DNA of 64,000 nucleotides from Rhodoluna sp. (lineage in GTDB: Bacteria > Actinomycetota > Actinomycetes > Actinomycetales > Microbacteriaceae). The notes beneath the pieces were generated by a model. It searched no databases. It was not told where the DNA came from and worked only from the letters and a program-made list of their open reading frames with translations. Location: contig JBIIQC010000001.1 in the NCBI GenBank assembly GCA_044342295.1, positions 16,529 through 80,528 on the forward strand, written 5' to 3'. Shown in pieces: positions 59,911-64,000 of the stretch. A program made the translations under genes and the position numbers. The stretch's first letter is position 1. The number at the start of each line of letters is the position of its first letter.

Positions 59911-61544
59911 TGAGAGCCCTAATCGCGATTGCGTTGGTGGCGACGCTGACCGGCTGCGCGACCCTTCCAGTATCGGGACCGGTTCGAATTGGACCCGATT
60001 TGGCTACCCCCACTGACGGGAACTCCTTTTACTACTCACCTGCTTCACCGGTTGATGGTGCCACCGAAACTGAAATTCTTTCAGGCTTCATTTCCGCTGG
60101 CACCGCACCCCAGAACGATTACGCCATAGCTCGAGAGTTCCTAGACGAGTCAATTCGTGCGACCTGGAATCCGAACCAAGAGCTGCTAATTCAAAGAACC
60201 ACGCCAAAGATTACTTTGACTGATTCCGGCACTGCTCTTGTTGAGGTTGCGGTTGCAGCGCGCATCGATGCCAACGGTAGGTATGAAACCTTACCTGCAG
60301 GATCCACCAGAGTGCTCGAGTATGGGTTCACTGAGCAGGCAGGCCAGGTTCGAATAAACAGTGCGCCGGATGTCACGATGGTGATTCGACCAGTTTTCGA
60401 TGTAGTTTTCAGAAGCTACTCGATTTTCTTCTTAGATAAAGCAAAAAAGAATCTGGTGCCAGAACTTCGCTGGTTCCCAGCTAACCCTGCCACGGGTACA
60501 AAGCTGGTGAACGCATTATTGGCTGGCCCTTCCAGTTGGTTGGAACCGGCTGTGATTTCTGCAATTCCAACCGGAACAGTTTTGTCCACTGACGCTGTGA
60601 CTGTGCAGCAAGAAATCGCTCTGGTTGACCTAAGCGCCAGAGCCTTGGTCGCTGGATTATCAGAGCGCTCACTAATGAAAGCTCAGCTTGTTGCCACGCT
60701 GTCGCAACTTCCAACGATCACTGAAGTCGCAATTTCAATTGAGAGATCCGCGCAAGACATCCCAGATTCTCAAGTAGAGCCCGCCGCTGCAACTTCGGGA
60801 ACACTGCTAGCGGTTGGGGAAAATGGTCTTGAGGCGCTATCAGGTGCTAACCCAGACTCCTTTGCCAAAGGGCTCTTGTTTTTTAGTTCTTTCAAAGTTT
60901 CCAAACTTGCGGCTTCGAAAGCCGGTGACAAGCTTGCTGTTCTAACAGAATCGGGGGTGTCCGAAACCGGCCTTGCGGCTCCAGGTTCCAGCGTTGAAGT
61001 GGTTGACGCAAGGTCCTCGCTGGCTGGGCTCGAATACGACTCGCTCTCAAATTTGTGGCTCGCAGCAGGTTCTCAAGTGTCGGTGAATTCCGTGCCGATT
61101 CAGGCTTCTTGGCTAGCAGGCCAGTCGATTGTTGATTTCTCGCTATCGCCAGAGGGGTCCCGCGTGGCTCTGGTCATAGAAAGTGGTGGCAGTAATCAGG
61201 TTCTGATAGCTGCTGTTATCCGAGACGAAAACGGTGTTCCGATCCAACTGGCGGCGCCAATTTCTATTGGATCTGAGATCGATAATCCGATCAGGTTGAG
61301 TTGGTTCGATAGCGTCACGGTGGCGATAGTCAACGACGAACCTGAGCTATCGAGCATCGCCCTGGTCTCAATAGGCGGTACAACAAGACTGATTCAAGGT
61401 GTCGCAAACGTAAGTTCTTTAGTCGCGCTGGGAGATGGCACAAATCTTTTTGCCCTAAAGGAATCTGGAGAGCTAGTGGTTTACCGAGGTTCATTCTGGA
61501 GCACTCTAGAATCCTCAATCTCTGCGATAGCACTAGCTAGATAG
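59910..61544 (+). CDS. lpqB: Lipoprotein LpqB (GerMN + beta-propeller)
   Basis: LTGC lipobox, AREFL, LVPELRWFP, LLAGPS.WL, SPEGSRVA. Confidence 0.9.
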   Translation: MRALIAIALVATLTGCATLPVSGPVRIGPDLATPTDGNSFYYSPASPVDGATETEILSGFISAGTAPQNDYAIAREFLDESIRATWNPNQELLIQRTTPKITLTDSGTALVEVAVAARIDANGRYETLPAGSTRVLEYGFTEQAGQVRINSAPDVTMVIRPVFDVVFRSYSIFFLDKAKKNLVPELRWFPANPATGTKLVNALLAGPSSWLEPAVISAIPTGTVLSTDAVTVQQEIALVDLSARALVAGLSERSLMKAQLVATLSQLPTITEVAISIERSAQDIPDSQVEPAAATSGTLLAVGENGLEALSGANPDSFAKGLLFFSSFKVSKLAASKAGDKLAVLTESGVSETGLAAPGSSVEVVDARSSLAGLEYDSLSNLWLAAGSQVSVNSVPIQASWLAGQSIVDFSLSPEGSRVALVIESGGSNQVLIAAVIRDENGVPIQLAAPISIGSEIDNPIRLSWFDSVTVAIVNDEPELSSIALVSIGGTTRLIQGVANVSSLVALGDGTNLFALKESGELVVYRGSFWSTLESSISAIALAR

Positions 61545-61604
61545 TTTTCAACAGGTTGTTTTTGAAGCACTAAGGTTGCTGTTCAAACAGGCACGATTGC
61601 AATC

Positions 61605-62231
61605 GTGCCAAAGTATTCTCTGATTGATCTGATTTTTCCTTCCCGCTGTGCGATTTGCGATCGCTCGGGTAAGAATCTTTGCGATCCCTGTCGGGCATTG
61701 ATTTGGATAGAACCTCTTGAGCTCAACCTGCCAGGGCTGGTGGTATTCACTTTGACTAAATACAGCGAAGAAACTTCCAAGTTACTGGTAGCACTAAAAG
61801 AAAAAGGGCAGTCCGCACTTATCTCCGAGTTGGCAGACATGCTTGAGCCAATTATTACGAAGATTCCAACTAGTGAATCGACAGTGTTCCTAGTGCCCGC
61901 ACCAAGTAGACCAGCAAACTTTGCAAAGCGAGGATTTACACCCATGCTGTTACTTGCTCAAGCAATCTCTAATCGAAACCCAAGACTAAGAGTTCTCAAC
62001 GCTCTGAACTTTTCTCGCGATGTCAAAGACCAGGTTGGGCTAAGCGCCAATGAGCGGATAGCGAATCTTGCTATGAGCATGAGGCTAAATCAGCAGGTGG
62101 CAGGCAAGATTTGCTACCTACTTGATGACGTTGTCACAACCGGCGCCACCGCTCTAGAAGCAGCCAGAGTGCTAAGAATTGGCGGTGCCACAGTGCCTGG
62201 AGTGCTCACACTTAGCTATTCGAAGGGCTAA
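61605..62231 (+). CDS. comF: ComF-family phosphoribosyltransferase
   Basis: CAIC...CDPC zinc finger, [18 protein letters not shown] motif. Confidence 0.88.
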   Translation: MPKYSLIDLIFPSRCAICDRSGKNLCDPCRALIWIEPLELNLPGLVVFTLTKYSEETSKLLVALKEKGQSALISELADMLEPIITKIPTSESTVFLVPAPSRPANFAKRGFTPMLLLAQAISNRNPRLRVLNALNFSRDVKDQVGLSANERIANLAMSMRLNQQVAGKICYLLDDVVTTGATALEAARVLRIGGATVPGVLTLSYSKG

Positions 62232-62308
62232 CTAGAACTCCTGGGCGAGGCCCTAGCCAAGGCTCTAAGATTGTAGGTAATTACTTCCCAATTGATTTGG
62301 AGCGCATT

Positions 62309-64000
62309 TTGGCGTCTATTTTTGACAAAGTTCTTCGTGCCGGCGAGGGTAAGACCCTGGCCAAGCTAAAGGCCCTGACCAACGCTGTCAACGCCCTAGA
62401 GCCTGATTTTCAGCAGCTCAGCGACGAGGAGCTAAAGCACGAGACCGCTTCTCTAAGAGAGCGCTTTGCCAAGGGCGAGACCTTAGATGATCTTCTGCCA
62501 GAGGCCTTCGCTGCCGTGCGCGAGGCCGCTAGCAGAACTATTGGACTTAGACCATTTGATGTTCAGATTATGGGTGGAGCAGCTCTTCACCTTGGCAACA
62601 TTGCCGAAATGAAAACTGGTGAAGGTAAGACCCTGGTTGCAACCTTGCCGGCCTATCTCAACGCAATCGCAGGTCGCGGTGTTCACGTTGTTACCGTAAA
62701 CGATTATCTTGCTAGCTACCAGAGTGAGCTAATGAGTCGTGTATTTAGGGCACTTGGAATGACCACCGGTTGCATTACCTCAGGCCAAGAACCTGCCGTT
62801 CGCCGCGAGCAGTATCTAGCGGATATTACTTATGGAACCAACAACGAGTTTGGTTTTGACTACCTGCGCGATAACATGGCGTGGCAAAAAGCTGATCTAG
62901 TACAGCGCGGTCACTTCTTTGCCGTGGTGGACGAGGTTGACTCGATCTTGATTGACGAGGCAAGAACTCCGCTGATTATTTCTGGACCCTCCTCAGGGGA
63001 GGCGAACCGCTGGTTTACCGAGTTTGCCAAAATCGCCCAGAAGCTTCAGCCAGTTATTGATTACGAAGTGGACGAAAAAAAGCGCACCGTTGGAATCTTG
63101 GAACCTGGAATCACAAAAGTCGAGGACTACCTGGGCATCGACAATTTATATGAATCCACCAACACCCCACTGATTTCCTTTTTGAATAACTCCATTAGAG
63201 CCAAAGCTCTTTTCAAAAAAGACAAGGACTACGTAGTTATCAAGGGTGAAGTTCTAATCGTTGACGAGCACACCGGAAGAATCTTGTCGGGAAGAAGATA
63301 CAACGAAGGTATTCACCAGGCAATTGAAGCCAAAGAAGGCGTTGAGGTAAAGGCCGAAAACCAAACCTTGGCGACAGTTACGCTGCAGAACTTCTTCCGC
63401 CTGTACAGCAAACTGGCGGGTATGACCGGTACCGCGGCAACCGAAGCTGCCGAGTTCATGGCCACCTACAAACTCGGTGTTATCCCAATTCCAACCAACA
63501 AGCCGATGGTAAGAATTGACCAGCCAGACCTTATCTACAAGAACGAAGAAGTGAAATTCAACATGGTTGTTGAAGACATAGTTGAGCGTCACGACAAAGG
63601 TCAGCCTGTGCTGGTTGGAACCACCAGCGTGGAAAAAAGCGAGTACCTTTCGGTATTACTTGCTAAGCGCGGAATAAGACACGAGGTTCTAAACGCCAAG
63701 AACAATGCCCGCGAAGCGGCCATCATCGCTATGGCCGGTCAATTTGGCTCGGTAACTGTTGCTACAAACATGGCAGGTCGAGGAACCGACATCATGCTAG
63801 GAGGAAACGCTGAGTTTCTAACCGTTGAGGCGCTAGCTAAAAAGGGTCTGAGTTCTGAAGAAAGTCCAGAAGAGTATGAAACTGCTTGGGCTGCTGAGTT
63901 TGAAAAGATCAAGCAAGAAGTAGCGGTGGAGGCCGAAAAGGTTTTATCCGTTGGTGGTTTGTATGTTTTGGGAACTGAGCGTCATGAGTCCAGACGTATT
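62309..64000 (+). CDS. secA: Preprotein translocase ATPase SecA (3'-partial; absent from the ORF track)
   Basis: TTG 62309 gives [15 protein letters not shown]...; [50 protein letters not shown]; ends [10 protein letters not shown] at the window edge. Confidence 0.97.
   Translation, partial: MASIFDKVLRAGEGKTLAKLKALTNAVNALEPDFQQLSDEELKHETASLRERFAKGETLDDLLPEAFAAVREAASRTIGLRPFDVQIMGGAALHLGNIAEMKTGEGKTLVATLPAYLNAIAGRGVHVVTVNDYLASYQSELMSRVFRALGMTTGCITSGQEPAVRREQYLADITYGTNNEFGFDYLRDNMAWQKADLVQRGHFFAVVDEVDSILIDEARTPLIISGPSSGEANRWFTEFAKIAQKLQPVIDYEVDEKKRTVGILEPGITKVEDYLGIDNLYESTNTPLISFLNNSIRAKALFKKDKDYVVIKGEVLIVDEHTGRILSGRRYNEGIHQAIEAKEGVEVKAENQTLATVTLQNFFRLYSKLAGMTGTAATEAAEFMATYKLGVIPIPTNKPMVRIDQPDLIYKNEEVKFNMVVEDIVERHDKGQPVLVGTTSVEKSEYLSVLLAKRGIRHEVLNAKNNAREAAIIAMAGQFGSVTVATNMAGRGTDIMLGGNAEFLTVEALAKKGLSSEESPEEYETAWAAEFEKIKQEVAVEAEKVLSVGGLYVLGTERHESRRI

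Noticed and set aside
62483-63592. Minus-strand ORFs 62483-62686 and 63254-63592
   Set aside because: Antisense shadows of secA, which the ORF track missed because it runs off the window

Overview
Gene-dense core-genome segment (roughly 50% GC by eye, very short spacers, many overlapping stop/start codons). Gene content and order indicate a streamlined actinobacterium, most consistent with a freshwater Microbacteriaceae such as Rhodoluna/Aquiluna; this assignment is an inference. The window contains icd (5'-truncated), a glycine-rich surface protein, glyA-folD, kynU-kynA, an orphan N6-adenine-type methyltransferase, an FMN-riboswitch-controlled rib operon, sdhCDAB-Rieske-xth-trpS, manC and a nucleoside uptake/salvage cluster. 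It continues with acyl-CoA carboxylase subunits and birA, a NarL-type regulator plus kinase plus pseudokinase, purKE, a 4xLysM protein, manA/galE/whiB/GT2, manB-ahcY-mtrAB-lpqB-comF and secA (3'-truncated). No mobile element, CRISPR array, tRNA or rRNA was seen. The strongest novel candidate is an unannotated ~88-nt minus-strand small RNA at 39625-39712. It has its own -10 box, a terminator-like hairpin and an upstream GTCCCC-N6-GGGGAC palindrome, and lies tail-to-tail with the regulator/kinase/pseudokinase operon. Other points of note are an RBS-sequestering leader on the nucleoside transporter, a probable AUU start for purE, widespread leaderless genes, a probable lpdA deletion scar, and no hpf between comF and secA.
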